Below are positions 34,727-46,568 of a stretch of DNA of 64,000 nt, one piece after another. Origin of the DNA: a virus; IMG/VR virus record IMGVR_UViG_3300035698_008372, positions 1-64,000 of that record; one strand, 5' to 3'. A program made the translations under genes and the position numbers. Below the pieces are notes generated by a model. That model was not told where the DNA came from. It saw only the letters and a list, made by a program, of their open reading frames with translations, and made no database searches. Position 1 is the stretch's first letter; every line of letters starts with the position of its first letter.

Positions 34727-34969
34727 TTAGAAACCGTACTTGTTCCATATTTCATTGGAACGCTCGAATGTCAATCGGATATGTTCTTCGGACAAGGGGT
34801 ATCCAGAATTAAATACCGCTATAGATGCGACTGAATGGGATATATGTGCCTCCAGCCCATTCAGTTGATCTTCGGTTAGTTTATCCCTGTCCAAAGCTTT
34901 CAATTTTTCATGCAGTGTTTTTAATTTTTCTATTACTTCACTCATTTCGGCCTTTCTGGTGTTATTCAT
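34727..34969 (-). CDS. Hypothetical early protein, the only supported minus-strand gene
   Basis: Directly preceded by a minus-strand copy of the early promoter; may start at 34945. Confidence 0.7.
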   Translation of the reverse strand: MNNTRKAEMSEVIEKLKTLHEKLKALDRDKLTEDQLNGLEAHISHSVASIAVFNSGYPLSEEHIRLTFERSNEIWNKYGF

Positions 34970-34974
34970 ACCAC

Positions 34975-35003
34975 AAGATACAAGATAAATATGACAAAGT
35001 CAA
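34975..35003 (-). promoter_or_regulatory. Early promoter repeat, copy 6 (inverted)
   Basis: Reverse complement of TTGACT-17-TATCTT. Confidence 0.8.
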
Positions 35004-35070
35004 CACTTTTTTCGCGTAAAATTACCTTTTTGATATTTATATGTGAATAAACTTATTTAGGAGAAACATA

Positions 35071-35640
35071 GTGAGCTATACTTTTTATAGAGACAAAGAA
35101 TCCATTTTTGAGTGTGACGTTAAGGTAGATGGAGCAAGTCTTAGTGATACATCGGCACGATTAATTTTGACATTTGAAAATGGCCTTACAACATTGTATG
35201 AGGGTACAGTTAAAATATCAGGGGATTGCGAGATTAAAATTCCGGCTATTAAGGAAAAATTAACTGAATCTGAAGTGGGCGCCGCGACATTGGAAGTCAT
35301 AGCAGAATCCACAGTTTTCAAACCGTGGACATCGGATTTTACATTAAAGCGGAGCAAAATTGTCACAGTCGAAGTTGCCGACAAAAAGAAGACTCCTTCA
35401 AAACCAAAATTATCGGTTGAAGTAAAGCGGCCGGGACAACACAAAGATGAAATAATATTGGAAAAAATCCAAGAAATGTTGGCGTCAACAAAGAAAACCC
35501 AATTAAGAGAATTGGTCAGAGAATTTAAGGGTATAGATATGTCCAGAGATGCCCAAAAGTGGTTAAAGCGTGTATTGCCTAATGACAAAACACATACGTC
35601 ATCATTGATTGGTAAACTATACGATTCACTAAGTAAATAG
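35071..35640 (+). CDS. Hypothetical late protein
   Basis: TATTTATA and AGGAG upstream; GTG start. Confidence 0.7.
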   Translation: MSYTFYRDKESIFECDVKVDGASLSDTSARLILTFENGLTTLYEGTVKISGDCEIKIPAIKEKLTESEVGAATLEVIAESTVFKPWTSDFTLKRSKIVTVEVADKKKTPSKPKLSVEVKRPGQHKDEIILEKIQEMLASTKKTQLRELVREFKGIDMSRDAQKWLKRVLPNDKTHTSSLIGKLYDSLSK

Positions 35641-35651
35641 GAGAATATATA

Positions 35652-36818
35652 ATGGCCGATTTATTACCAATAGCAATATGACCTGGTAGTGGTTCTGCGG
35701 TAAGCGGTTCAACTCCATACGGATTTTACGATGGGGATACATCTTTTCAATCGGATGCACCCAAGTTCGCCAATTGGTCGGCTAGAACAATGGGATATCC
35801 TATTGTGGAAATTGAGATGCAGGATATTAACTTTTATGCGGCATTTGAAGATTCAGTAAATGAATATTCATCCCATGTGAATCAAATCAATATTAGGGAC
35901 AATCTGTTACATTTACAGGGTCAACCAACAAGTTCAAATATTAGTCAAAATGTGGTGACTCCCACATTGAGTAGGACTGTATTTCTATCACAGCAGTATG
36001 GTTCTGAAACAGGGGCAGGTGGGTTTGTCGATTGGAAAATGGGGCATATCACAGCGACTCCACTTACAAATGAATATGATTTAAATGTGTTATATGCTGA
36101 CGTATCAGAAAGTGGTGCGGCTATTGAGGTCAAGAGGGTATTTCATGATGGAACACCCGCTATCACGCGTTATTTTGACCCCTACGCTGGAACAGGTGCC
36201 GGATCGTATAACATGATGGATAACTTTGGTTGGGGAAATATGACCCCAGCCGTTCAATTTATGATGATGCCCATTTATGCGGATTTATTGAGAATTCAGG
36301 CTATCGAATTTAACGATCAAATCAGAAAAAGTGCATATCACTTTGAGATAAGAAATAACAAATTGAAACTATTTCCAATACCAACTCAATATTTTGAGGT
36401 ATGGTTTGAATATATAGTAAGGGCTGACAGGGATGGTGCACTGGTAGCACCTTATGGTGAAACCACCACTGGTAAAATATCCGATTACTCCAATATACCA
36501 TATAACAACATGACATACGCTTCAATCAATTCGGTTGGTAGACAATGGATACGCAAGTATGCTCTTGCTAGTGCAAGGGAAATATTGGGTGATATCCGAA
36601 GCAAATTTGGGTCAATCCCAATTCCAAATTCAGAAGTTCAGTTGGATGGTGAAACCATGCGAGCAGAGGCAATTGCCGAAAAAGAGCGGCTTGTTACTGA
36701 GTTAAGGGAAACATTGGAGGCAATTAGTAGGAAAGCACTAATGGAAGCTGATAAAGAAGAAGCAGAAAATTTACAGGATAAACTAAACAAGATTCCGATT
36801 CACATTTACATAGGATAA
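35652..36818 (+). CDS. Neck protein (gp13-like), 1 in-frame TGA (35679)
   Basis: AGGAG then ATG 35652 in frame with 35790; GYPIVEIE, WIRKYALA..RE.LG.IRSKF..IPIP...LDG. Confidence 0.8.
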
Positions 36819-36822
36819 TATT

Positions 36823-37308
36823 ATGACAGGTAGATTTATGACAGGTCGGGATTTGAAACTCTTTGATCGGATCAATAAAGAATTAATAGGTGATTTAGGC
36901 CAAGCAAAACCCGGTTGGATAAATCAGACTGCCATATTATATAAGGTATCCGTAAGCGATACCAAAGTGGATATGTACGGAGAAAGCTCGGATGGTAAAG
37001 TATGGAAATCGGGGGTAGAATTTGCATGTCTCATTGACGCCGAAGATTTCGATTGGAGTAATGAAGCATACGGTACTGATGAGGGGCAAAATGTGTCATT
37101 CTATCTAATGAGGGATGCACTGGTACAGGCCAGCATTGTACCACAACAGGGCGATATATTTGAATGGAATTTCGGATATTTTGAGATAAACGGGATCAAT
37201 GAAAATCAACTTATATATGGGGATGTAGAAAACAATTGGTCGGCTGGATATTCTTGTCATAGGATAAGAAAATCCAATGTGAACATCGAAAGAGTTAGGA
37301 GCAATTAA
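36823..37308 (+). CDS. Neck/head-closure protein (gp14-like)
   Basis: Follows the gp13-like gene; D.YGES and P..GDI...YFEI pattern. Confidence 0.6.
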   Translation: MTGRFMTGRDLKLFDRINKELIGDLGQAKPGWINQTAILYKVSVSDTKVDMYGESSDGKVWKSGVEFACLIDAEDFDWSNEAYGTDEGQNVSFYLMRDALVQASIVPQQGDIFEWNFGYFEINGINENQLIYGDVENNWSAGYSCHRIRKSNVNIERVRSN

Positions 37309-37793
37309 TGAAAAAATCAGAATTAAGACAGATGATAAGAGAAGAAATTCAGAAATTAACTGAAGGGCAAGTAAAAATTTGGAAATCTCCTCAAGGTGTG
37401 CTAAGACGAAATAAAGATTGGTCATACTCTGTTTTCAAATCTATGGATGATATGGACGCAAATAAAGCGGTTTTGTCAAATGTTAGCATGGACGACTTGG
37501 CTTCATGGGGAGCTAAAAACAAGAAACAATTTAAGGCTATGGGATTGAGTGGGTTCACCGAATCTATAACCGAAGAAGTCAAAGAACCACCATTGATAAC
37601 CAAAATTCGGTGGATTGTGGACAATAAGCAATTCAAAAAAATTAACGGACAAGTGGTTGATGCTTTCACCGCACAACACGTAATTCAGGTGTACGATGCG
37701 CTTGGTGATAAAAACAAAGAGCAATTTGGCAAGATGAAATTAGAACCTATGGTTAACCTTACATGGAAACTATTTAAAAAGGTAGGAAAATAG
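37308..37793 (+). CDS. MKKSELRQ-leader protein
   Basis: MKKSELRQMIREEIQKLTE. Confidence 0.75.
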   Translation: MKKSELRQMIREEIQKLTEGQVKIWKSPQGVLRRNKDWSYSVFKSMDDMDANKAVLSNVSMDDLASWGAKNKKQFKAMGLSGFTESITEEVKEPPLITKIRWIVDNKQFKKINGQVVDAFTAQHVIQVYDALGDKNKEQFGKMKLEPMVNLTWKLFKKVGK

Positions 37794-37794
37794 T

Positions 37795-38025
37795 ATGAAA
37801 AAATCAGAATTAAGACAAATAATTAGAGAAGAAATTCAGAAATTGGATGAAAAGGCTTTTGACAAACCCAAATATATTCGACACATCAATGTGCCCCCTA
37901 ATAATATCAATGTGATATTATACAATGATAGAATCCAAATCGTCGGCGGCCACACTGGTTATGAAGAATATATTATGATTGACGAATTGCCCGATCTTAT
38001 AAAAGCACTTAAAAAAATAAAATAG
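37795..38025 (+). CDS. MKKSELRQ-leader protein
   Basis: MKKSELRQIIREEIQKLDE. Confidence 0.7.
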   Translation: MKKSELRQIIREEIQKLDEKAFDKPKYIRHINVPPNNINVILYNDRIQIVGGHTGYEEYIMIDELPDLIKALKKIK

Positions 38026-38034
38026 GAATAAAAC

Positions 38035-38829
38035 ATGGCAACTCGGACAAAACCACAACCTCGGTCTGAAAGACAAACTAAAGGTCGGGTAGTAAATAGG
38101 GCAGAACAAACAACTCGTAAAGGTGATACAAGTCCAAATGTATCTATAGGGTTAATGGATATTGATGCCGCAATTATGTACTACTTTCAGGAAGTGATAA
38201 AACCAACAGTTGTTGATAACGGAGAACAAGTTAATGTTCCAGTTATATACGCCAACCCCGAAAGGTGGAAAGCGGCACAAGTTGACGGTTTTATGAGGGA
38301 CAACAAACGCCAAATTATTATTCCAGCTATAGCATTCCGCAGAACTGGGGTTGAAAAAGACGACTCAATGCCGGTGGATAAACTGGATGCCAACGACCCA
38401 AAACTACATTACACATTTGAAAAGAAATATACACAAAAGAACAGATACAGTAATTTTTCTGTATTACAGGGTGCCCTACCGCAACGAGAATACTACAATG
38501 TAGTTATGCCAGATTATGTTACATTAAACTATGAATGCACATTGTGGACAACTTATACAGAACAGATGAATACACTTGTTGAAAAGATAAACTATACTGA
38601 TGGAGCTTATTGGGGTGAACCAAGCAAGTTTAAGTTTCGTACAGAATTGAGTGGTTTTGATGACGCAAGTGAATATGACGACGGGGAACGCAAAATTAAA
38701 ATGGGTTTTACACTCACAGTTAAAGGTTATTTGATACCAGAATCGTTCAATGATTATATAACTACAATCAGAACATATTCACCCAAAACAATCAATATGG
38801 GTGTATCTTTTAAGGAAAATATAACTTAA
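38035..38829 (+). CDS. Tail terminator/sheath stabilizer (gp15-like)
   Basis: VPVIYA.PERW, P.YV.L.Y...WT...EQMN...E pattern; upstream of the sheath gene. Confidence 0.65.
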   Translation: MATRTKPQPRSERQTKGRVVNRAEQTTRKGDTSPNVSIGLMDIDAAIMYYFQEVIKPTVVDNGEQVNVPVIYANPERWKAAQVDGFMRDNKRQIIIPAIAFRRTGVEKDDSMPVDKLDANDPKLHYTFEKKYTQKNRYSNFSVLQGALPQREYYNVVMPDYVTLNYECTLWTTYTEQMNTLVEKINYTDGAYWGEPSKFKFRTELSGFDDASEYDDGERKIKMGFTLTVKGYLIPESFNDYITTIRTYSPKTINMGVSFKENIT

Positions 38830-38931
38830 ACTAAAAAAAATTAACAAAACAGCGAGTTTTGGTAATACTGCTTGATATATATTATTAAAGCAGTAATAAA
38901 AACAGTTACTAAATAAACAAGGAGAAAAGTT

Positions 38932-39225
38932 ATGACTGAAGTAGATGCAAAGATTAAATTTTCAGAAGAGGAAATGGAATCATTAAAGGGATTAAGTTCT
39001 GGATACCAAGCGATCCAGTTTGAGTTTGGACAATTACGAATTAGGAAGATGGCGCTTAAAGCTGAATTGGATGGAGTTGAACTTCGTGGTGACGAACTAG
39101 AAAACGAATATCGCAAACAACAAGAAACCGAACAAACTCTAGTTAAAGAATTAACAGACAAGTACGGCCCAGGTACTCTTAATCCAGAGACGGGCGAATT
39201 TATGCCCACACCAACAGAAGGATAA
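38932..39225 (+). CDS. Coiled-coil hypothetical protein
   Basis: AAGGAG SD; KYGPGTLNPETGEF. Confidence 0.7.
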   Translation: MTEVDAKIKFSEEEMESLKGLSSGYQAIQFEFGQLRIRKMALKAELDGVELRGDELENEYRKQQETEQTLVKELTDKYGPGTLNPETGEFMPTPTEG

Positions 39226-39251
39226 TATCCTTATAAATTAGGAGAATACAA

Positions 39252-41630
39252 ATGGCCGAAAGAATAGTTTCCCCCGGTGTTTTCACCAACGAAACTGATC
39301 TATCGTTTCTTCCACAAGGAATTTCCGAAATCGGTGCCGCAATTGTTGGGCCTACAGTAAAAGGGCCAGCATTTGTACCAACCGTTATTCGAAGTTTCCA
39401 GCAGTTTGAGGAAGTTTTCGGTACGACTGATAATCGTTATTATACACCGTATGCAGTAGAACAATATTTAAGAAGCGCGGGGTCAGTGACCATCGTTCGC
39501 GTTCTTGGATTAGGAGGATATAGTTCAGATTATGTCGCTCTTCAAATATCAAGTTCCGATGGAACTAAAACAGTGGCAGTCATTGCACCATCTCGTGGTG
39601 GATTGAATGGACTGGGAGATTTATCCGCAAGTACAATTACTGGCGACTGATCTTCAGCTACACTAACATTGTCTGGATCGGATACAACCGTAGCGTCATA
39701 CGCGATTTCATTCAATACCGGCAGTGCAAATTACATTGAAAATGTGATAAGCTCTAGTCCACAGGTTCAAACTTCTGGACAAACCACATTGGCCGGATAT
39801 CTTTACAAAAATTACAAAACATATCAATCTAGTCAGGGTCTTGATTCTAACGCTTCCGCTTCAGTGGCAAGTGGTACTATGAATTTTGCTTTTGATGCGA
39901 CATCTGCAACTGCAGTTGATAATTTAGCTGGGTACACCCCATCTATCCAATCACAGTTAATCAATGGGTCGAGATACAATCTATTTCAGATTTATACTCG
40001 TTCTCATGGGACAGATGTTAATAGTAAATATGTTGTAGTAATTGCAAATGTGAAATCCGCCGCGACTGTTCCGGGTAGCAATTTCGGATCATTTTCATTA
40101 CAAGTTCGCAAGATTGATCAAGTGGCTTGGAAACAAAAGAATGAGACAGTAGTGGAATCGTGGGATGATCTAAATTTCAATCCTACAAGCACTAATTACT
40201 TCGCACGTGTCATTGGTGACAGGTATGCGGATATTGATAACAATGGTAAATTGACATATAACGGTGACTGGCCTAACAAGTCCAATCACATTTATATTAG
40301 AAATTACTCAGCTATTGCCGATGGTTCGGTTCCTGTAACAGTAGTCCCAATGGGATTTGCAGCTGCAAGTGTAACTGATCCAACTACAACAGCTGTACCA
40401 GTGGCGTCATATTTAACCGCACAGGTGAATCCAGATACCAATGTATTTAACTCATCATATTACTATGGTTGGGATAATTCAAAGGATGATAATCGCCAAT
40501 ATCTAGCGCCAGTGCCAAATTCAGCAGGCGTTGGTAACAACGTATCAATGAGTTTAGAAGATATGACTGGTGATGATGCAGCTAGTACCACTGGAAATAC
40601 ATACGCGAGTTCAAGTCAATATATTACATTGACAAATTCAAACATCAAACAGCGTCAATTTGGAGTTCCATTCCAAGGAGCGTTCGATGGTGATAATCCG
40701 GCAAATCCAAAATCGGTCGGTGTGAATATTTCTTCCGCCAACACGATGGGATTCAATCTCACTGATAGTACGACAAGTGGGTCAGTTGCTTACAAAAAGG
40801 CTATTAACGCCGTAAGTAATCCAGATGAATTTGATATCAATATGTTGGTAACTCCAGGTATTATCCACAAGTGGCATAGTATAATTACAAACCATGCCAT
40901 TGACAAAATGGAAGCTAGGGGTGATGCATTTTATGTATTGGACTCGGCTGATATTGATGACGGTATTGATGATGTAACTGATACTATTAGTGCATTAGAT
41001 ACAAATTATGCGGCAACATATTACCCTTGGGTTAAAATTGCCGATAGAAACACTTCACTTCCAGTATGGGTTCCACCAGGAATCGTATTACCGGGTGTAA
41101 TTGCTTATACTGATAGGGTATCCCACGAATGGTTTGCACCAGCAGGTCTAAATCGTGGTGGTCTTACTACAGTTCTTGAAGCAAAAACACGCTTGACACA
41201 TGATGAACGTGATACCCTTTATGAAAATAGAGTTAATCCAATCGCTTCATTCCCAGCACAGGGCGTGGTGGTCTGGGGTCAAAAGACCCTTCAGGCATTA
41301 CCTTCTGCATTGGATCGTGTTAATGTGAGGCGTCTATTAATTAAACTGAAGAAATATATTGCTTCAACATCAAGATACTTGGTATTCGAACAGAACAATT
41401 CTGCAACAAGAACGAGATTTCTAAATATGGTTAATCCATTCTTAGAATCCGTACAGCAGAACAGTGGTTTGACTGCATTTCAAGTTGTGATGGACGAGAC
41501 GAATAATACTCCAGATGTGATTGATAGGAACAAGCTGGTTGGCCAGATTTTTATCCAACCGACTCGGACTGCAGAATTTATAGTCCTTGATTTTATTGTT
41601 GTTCCAACGGGTGCAACTTTTCCTTCATAA
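39252..41630 (+). CDS. Tail sheath protein (gp18-like), 1 in-frame TGA (39648)
   Basis: SPGVF..E.D.S, WFAPAGLNRG, VVWGQKT, LDRVNVRRL, PTRTAEFI. Confidence 0.95.
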
Positions 41631-41650
41631 AATAACAGTAAAATAAACCT

Positions 41651-41678
41651 AAAAAGCCCTCGATTTATCGGGGGTTTT
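41651..41678 (+). terminator. Intrinsic terminator after the sheath gene
   Basis: GCCCTCGAT..ATCGGGGGT stem plus T run. Confidence 0.7.
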
Positions 41679-41745
41679 GTGTATCTGGTTTATAATTATT
41701 ATTAGTAATTGGTGGTATGGGTTGGTAATAAATAAAGGAATGATA

Positions 41746-43374
41746 ATGGGTAGAAATATGGATAGTTCAAAGTGGGAAATTAGAAAATGCAAAATGTGCA
41801 GTAATGAATTTAAAGTGTATAAAATACAGAAAAAGACGATGTGTTCATCAGATTGCCGTAAAAAATGGAATTTATTGCCTAAAAATATAGAACATAAACG
41901 AAAAAAATCTATTGAATCGCAAATGGAAAAATATGGAAAATTATTTTACCAGACTGAAGAATTTCAACAAAAAACGAAAAAAATCAAGTTGGAAAAGTAT
42001 GGTGATGAAAATTATGTAAATGTGGAAAAAGGTAAAAAAACCAAGTTGGAAAAGTATGGTGATGAAAATTACAATAACAGGGATAAGTTTAAAGATACGA
42101 TGATTGAAATATTCGGTGGAATAGGCCTACAAAGGCCCGATGTATTGGGGGCGGCTAAGAGGGGTATGGTTGAAAAATATGGAGTGGAATATGCATTTCA
42201 AAGTGATGATATTAAAAACAAAATAAAACGAACTAATATTGGCAAGTTTGGTAAAGAAACATATTGGGGCTCCAATGTTTATAATCAAGAAATGTATAAT
42301 AAGAAAATGGAATCGTTAATTCCGATATTGGAAGAAATGAATTTGATAATGTTATCTGATTATGGTGGTAGTAAAAAAATCGTTGATGGTCATGCCAAGC
42401 ATATTAAATATGATTTTAAATGTTTAACATGTGACATGACATTCAATTACACTACAGCCAATGGCATTGTTCCAAAATGCCCGAAATGCTATGGAACCGA
42501 TGGAGGGACGTCATTCATGGAAAGGGAATTTCAAAAATATATAAGAGAATTATTACCAAATATTGAAATATATGAAAATGATAGGACTTTATTAAATGGC
42601 AAAGAATTGGATGTGTATATTCCGACTAAAAACTTGGCATTTGAATTCGATGGTTTATACTGGCATTCTGAAACCAAAAAGGATAAAAATTATCATTTAA
42701 ATAAGACTGAAAAATGTGAGAAAAATGGTGTTAGACTTATTCATATTTTTGAAGACGAATGGGTATATAAGAATGATATAGTAAAAAATAGAATTAAGCA
42801 TATAGTTGGGATTATGGATAAAAAAATATATGCTAGAAATACCAAAATTAAGGAAATTTCTGCTAAAGAAAAGGGGAAATTTCTAAATCAATTTCATGTT
42901 CAAGGCTCTGGAAAATCTAGTATTAAATTGGGAGCTTTTCATAATGATGAACTAGTCGCGGTCATGACATTTGGAAATAATAGAATTGCTCTTGGGAATA
43001 AAAACAAAGAAGGTGAATATGAATTAATCCGATTTGCTTCTAAATATTCAATAACTGGTGGCGCCAGCAAATTGCTTTCATATTTTACCAAAAATTATAA
43101 TCCGTCCAAAATTATAAGTTATTCAGATAGAAGATGGAACACTGGATTGGTGTATGAGCGAATGGGATTTAAAAAAATATCAAATGGGACACCTGGATAT
43201 TGGTATGTGAAAAATGGCCAAAGATTTCATAGATATAATTTTAGAAAGTCACTATTATCGGAAAAATTAAAGAAATTCAATGATAGTTTAACGGAATGGG
43301 AAAATATGCAATTAAATGGCTTTGATCGAATATGGGATTGTGGCAATTTTAAGTATGAAATGAATTTAAAATAA
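41746..43374 (+). CDS. Hef-like PD-(D/E)xK homing endonuclease-type protein with EKYG repeats
   Basis: K.KLEKYGDENY repeats, CxxC pairs, ELDVYIP...AFEFDGLYWHS, C-terminal ELIRF...SYSDRRW...IWDCG. Confidence 0.75.
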   Translation: MGRNMDSSKWEIRKCKMCSNEFKVYKIQKKTMCSSDCRKKWNLLPKNIEHKRKKSIESQMEKYGKLFYQTEEFQQKTKKIKLEKYGDENYVNVEKGKKTKLEKYGDENYNNRDKFKDTMIEIFGGIGLQRPDVLGAAKRGMVEKYGVEYAFQSDDIKNKIKRTNIGKFGKETYWGSNVYNQEMYNKKMESLIPILEEMNLIMLSDYGGSKKIVDGHAKHIKYDFKCLTCDMTFNYTTANGIVPKCPKCYGTDGGTSFMEREFQKYIRELLPNIEIYENDRTLLNGKELDVYIPTKNLAFEFDGLYWHSETKKDKNYHLNKTEKCEKNGVRLIHIFEDEWVYKNDIVKNRIKHIVGIMDKKIYARNTKIKEISAKEKGKFLNQFHVQGSGKSSIKLGAFHNDELVAVMTFGNNRIALGNKNKEGEYELIRFASKYSITGGASKLLSYFTKNYNPSKIISYSDRRWNTGLVYERMGFKKISNGTPGYWYVKNGQRFHRYNFRKSLLSEKLKKFNDSLTEWENMQLNGFDRIWDCGNFKYEMNLK

Positions 43375-43387
43375 ATAAAAATAACGC

Positions 43388-43416
43388 TTGACTTTGTCAT
43401 TATTATCTTGTATCTT
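43388..43416 (+). promoter_or_regulatory. Early promoter repeat, copy 7
   Basis: TTGACT-17-TATCTT. Confidence 0.85.
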
Positions 43417-43442
43417 CAAGTACGAAAAGAAAAGGAATATAC

Positions 43443-45365
43443 ATGAATCAAAGTGAACGCAGAACACAATTAGTTATATGGAGCGATAGTTATTATAATC
43501 AAAATATCTCAATCGTTCCCGACCATATATTTGACGAAGCACAGGCTTCGTATTTTAAAGATTTTAACGACCCCGAATTACTTTCTACAATTGGTTCTCC
43601 AGTTGTAAAATCGTCCGCTTGGGAAAAAGCAACTCACAAAATTCCAATGGGTTCACTCAGTAAAGTATCAACCGAATCGGAATTTTTAAAATGGTATTCT
43701 ACAGTAACTGGACAAGTTGTTCTGTCCGAAAAGCTCGATGGAATTTCAATTGATTTGGAATATCAAGAAGGTATTTTTATCCGTGGCATCACCAGAGGTG
43801 ATGGTATTGTGGGTGAAGATATCACAGTCAATGTTAAACAGATGAAGGGATTTATTCCCCAATTGATTAACAATGATACGGTATCAGTTCGTGGTGAGAT
43901 TGTTATACTTGAAAACGATTTTGATAAAATTGTTGAACTTCAAAAATTACGTGGTGACGATCCAATCAAAAATCCTCGAAATGGGGCAGGCGGAAAAGCC
44001 CGTGACCGTGAAGGAATTTACGCTGGATATCTGACAATCAAATGTTATGATACGTCAAATACCGGACCCAAAGATGTGGAATTTAATTGGTTGGAAAGCC
44101 AAGGATTTAAGACTCCAAACTGGGGAGTATATTTTAATAGTGGCACTATTCTAGCCGTATATAATGTGTATGAAGAGGACACTCGTGCAAGTCTAGATTA
44201 TGAAATTGATGGACTTGTATTGGAAATTAACGACCCCAAAATTCGTGAAGAATTGGGATACAAAGACGGGCGTCCAAAGTTTGCAAAGGCATTCAAGTTC
44301 GCGAGTCTAAAAGCCAAAACTCAGATTGAAGGTATTGAATGGTCACTCGGCAAGAGTGGAACCATTACCCCAGTTGCATTGTTGAAGCCCGTTCACATGG
44401 GCGGTGTGACTGTACAACGTGCAAGTCTGGCTAATCTAGCTCGTTTCGAAGAAATGGGATTGCACATTCATGATGAGGTTGTTGTGTCTAGGCGGGGTGA
44501 TGTGATTCCATATATTGAATCCATTTCTAGACCTATGAGGGGTGACAAATTCAAAGCACCCGAGCGCTGTCCAACCTGTGACAAACTCGTTATCAAAGAT
44601 GACAAGTTCCTTAGATGTATCAACCCAACATGTTCGGGAGCAATCATCGGTGGAATTATCAAATGGATTAACAAATCCGATATGTCTGGTGATGGACTTG
44701 GGGGATCAACCATTGAAAAATTAGTTGATTTGGGATTTGTGAACACTCCGGCAGACTTATACAAATTGTCGGTAAATGACTTTCTAACATTACCAGGATT
44801 CGCTACACGATCGGCAAACAAAATGCACGACATTATTCAGAGCCACAAAACGATTTCATTAGCTGATTTCGTGGGTGGGTTGAACTTGGGACACTTTGGT
44901 TCATCATTGACTAAATTATTGATAGATGCGGGATATGATTCACTTGAAAAGCTACAAAATTTAGCAGTATGGGATATCATGGGAGTCCCAGGATTCGGCA
45001 AATCACGGGCACAAGATTTTGTTTCAAGCCTATCGAATAAAAAGAGTGTGGTCGATGATTTACTATTATATGTGTCTATAGAGAAGGATGCACCAAAAAT
45101 GGTTGCAGATTCAAATGGATTAAACGGAATGAGCTTTTGTTTCACAGGTGCTATCCACAAAATCGGTGAAGATGGAAAACGCCTGACTCGTAAAGATATG
45201 GAAAAATTGGTATTGATGAACGGAGGAGATACTTCCAATGTCAAGAAAGGACTTACATATCTTGTACAGGCCGACCCCGATAGTGTGAGTTCCAAAACAA
45301 TCAAAGCTTCAAAATTCGGAGTTGAAATTCTGAGTGAATCTAAATTTTTCGAAATGATTGATTAA
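43443..45365 (+). CDS. ligA: NAD-dependent DNA ligase
   Basis: EKLDG, TRGDG..GEDIT, VRGEI, NPRN, DGLV, RRGDVIP, C4 zinc finger, BRCT (FCFTG). Confidence 0.95.
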   Translation: MNQSERRTQLVIWSDSYYNQNISIVPDHIFDEAQASYFKDFNDPELLSTIGSPVVKSSAWEKATHKIPMGSLSKVSTESEFLKWYSTVTGQVVLSEKLDGISIDLEYQEGIFIRGITRGDGIVGEDITVNVKQMKGFIPQLINNDTVSVRGEIVILENDFDKIVELQKLRGDDPIKNPRNGAGGKARDREGIYAGYLTIKCYDTSNTGPKDVEFNWLESQGFKTPNWGVYFNSGTILAVYNVYEEDTRASLDYEIDGLVLEINDPKIREELGYKDGRPKFAKAFKFASLKAKTQIEGIEWSLGKSGTITPVALLKPVHMGGVTVQRASLANLARFEEMGLHIHDEVVVSRRGDVIPYIESISRPMRGDKFKAPERCPTCDKLVIKDDKFLRCINPTCSGAIIGGIIKWINKSDMSGDGLGGSTIEKLVDLGFVNTPADLYKLSVNDFLTLPGFATRSANKMHDIIQSHKTISLADFVGGLNLGHFGSSLTKLLIDAGYDSLEKLQNLAVWDIMGVPGFGKSRAQDFVSSLSNKKSVVDDLLLYVSIEKDAPKMVADSNGLNGMSFCFTGAIHKIGEDGKRLTRKDMEKLVLMNGGDTSNVKKGLTYLVQADPDSVSSKTIKASKFGVEILSESKFFEMID

Positions 45366-45387
45366 GATTTTCAAACAACACCCTACA

Positions 45388-45414
45388 GAGCCCCATTTAT
45401 TGGGGCTTTTTTTG
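45388..45414 (+). terminator. Intrinsic terminator
   Basis: AGCCCCA-TTTAT-TGGGGCT plus T run. Confidence 0.85.
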
Positions 45415-45433
45415 CGAAAAGCGAAAATAACGG

Positions 45434-45462
45434 TTGACTTTGTCGTTTTTATCTTGTATCTT
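45434..45462 (+). promoter_or_regulatory. Early promoter repeat, copy 8
   Basis: TTGACT-17-TATCTT. Confidence 0.85.
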
Positions 45463-46568
45463 CAGGTATGATAAGAAAAGGAAACAAAATGTATTCAGTT
45501 AAAAATGTAAAAACATTTCCAGGTCATGATGACGGATTGGGAATGAATTGTAATTTGTATAAGAACAACAAAAAGGTGGCCACAGTTCACGATGACGCGT
45601 GGGGAGGGGCATTTCATTTCAATTGGGTCAATAACACCGAATCGGATATTTTGGATAACTATTTAGAAACATTTCCAAAATATTTCTTTATTGATGAAAT
45701 GCATACTCATACCCAAGATACATTTGTAGACAAATTGGTCATGAATGTATTGATCGGGAAAGAGGCCAAAGTGGCATTGAGAAAACGATTTATCCTTATT
45801 ACGGATGAGGGAAACTTCTTACAATTTAAGAAAAATGGTTGTACCCTTGAATCGTTTGGAACGTATATCGACGAATCAAAGCAGTATAATGGTGAAGTTG
45901 CAAACCTAATGGATTTCGATAAGTTTTTAGAATTATATAAGGAATATATCAAATGAGAAATGTAAAATTTACTCAAAAAGAATGGGTTGAATTGTACCCA
46001 TTATATACACATGGCATTAAGGCTACTGGAGATTGGGTAGAAGGTATTCAGTACATTGAAGAAATGTTGACTGATAGACAATACAATTTCCTAATGGGGT
46101 TCGCTATGTGGATTGTAGCTGGCGGGGTTGAAGATTTTTATGGTCAGGAAATGGAAGTACGTGCCTTTGGTAGTGGTAACTATATCCAACGATTTCAAGA
46201 ATACAAGAGTGGGGTATAATATGTCGGTACATAGTGATAGACTTGCACAATTTCTGGATGTATCATACAGTGGTCGTAAACTTTTGAAACACCATAATTT
46301 GGATGAATATGGTACGTGGCATGTTAGAGGTGAAGACCCCAATTGCGATATGGGTGGTCCTCATCACATGCCCGATCTTGGGTATTTTAAGGGGACACTT
46401 GAAGAAGTCATAAATCGTGCTGTCGACCTTCCGCGATTTTGGTCATGGGGAGGTGGTGGTGATATTTCAAAAGTGGTTGATAATGTAGTAACCACACTTT
46501 CGGAGCCGGCCGATGAAATGGAACAATAGGATTAAGTTGAAAATAAACGTCAAAGTTGAAAATAACGC

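Noticed and set aside
41986-42071. 29-nt direct repeat as a mobile-element boundary
   Set aside because: It encodes in-frame KLEKYGDENY protein repeats of the endonuclease.
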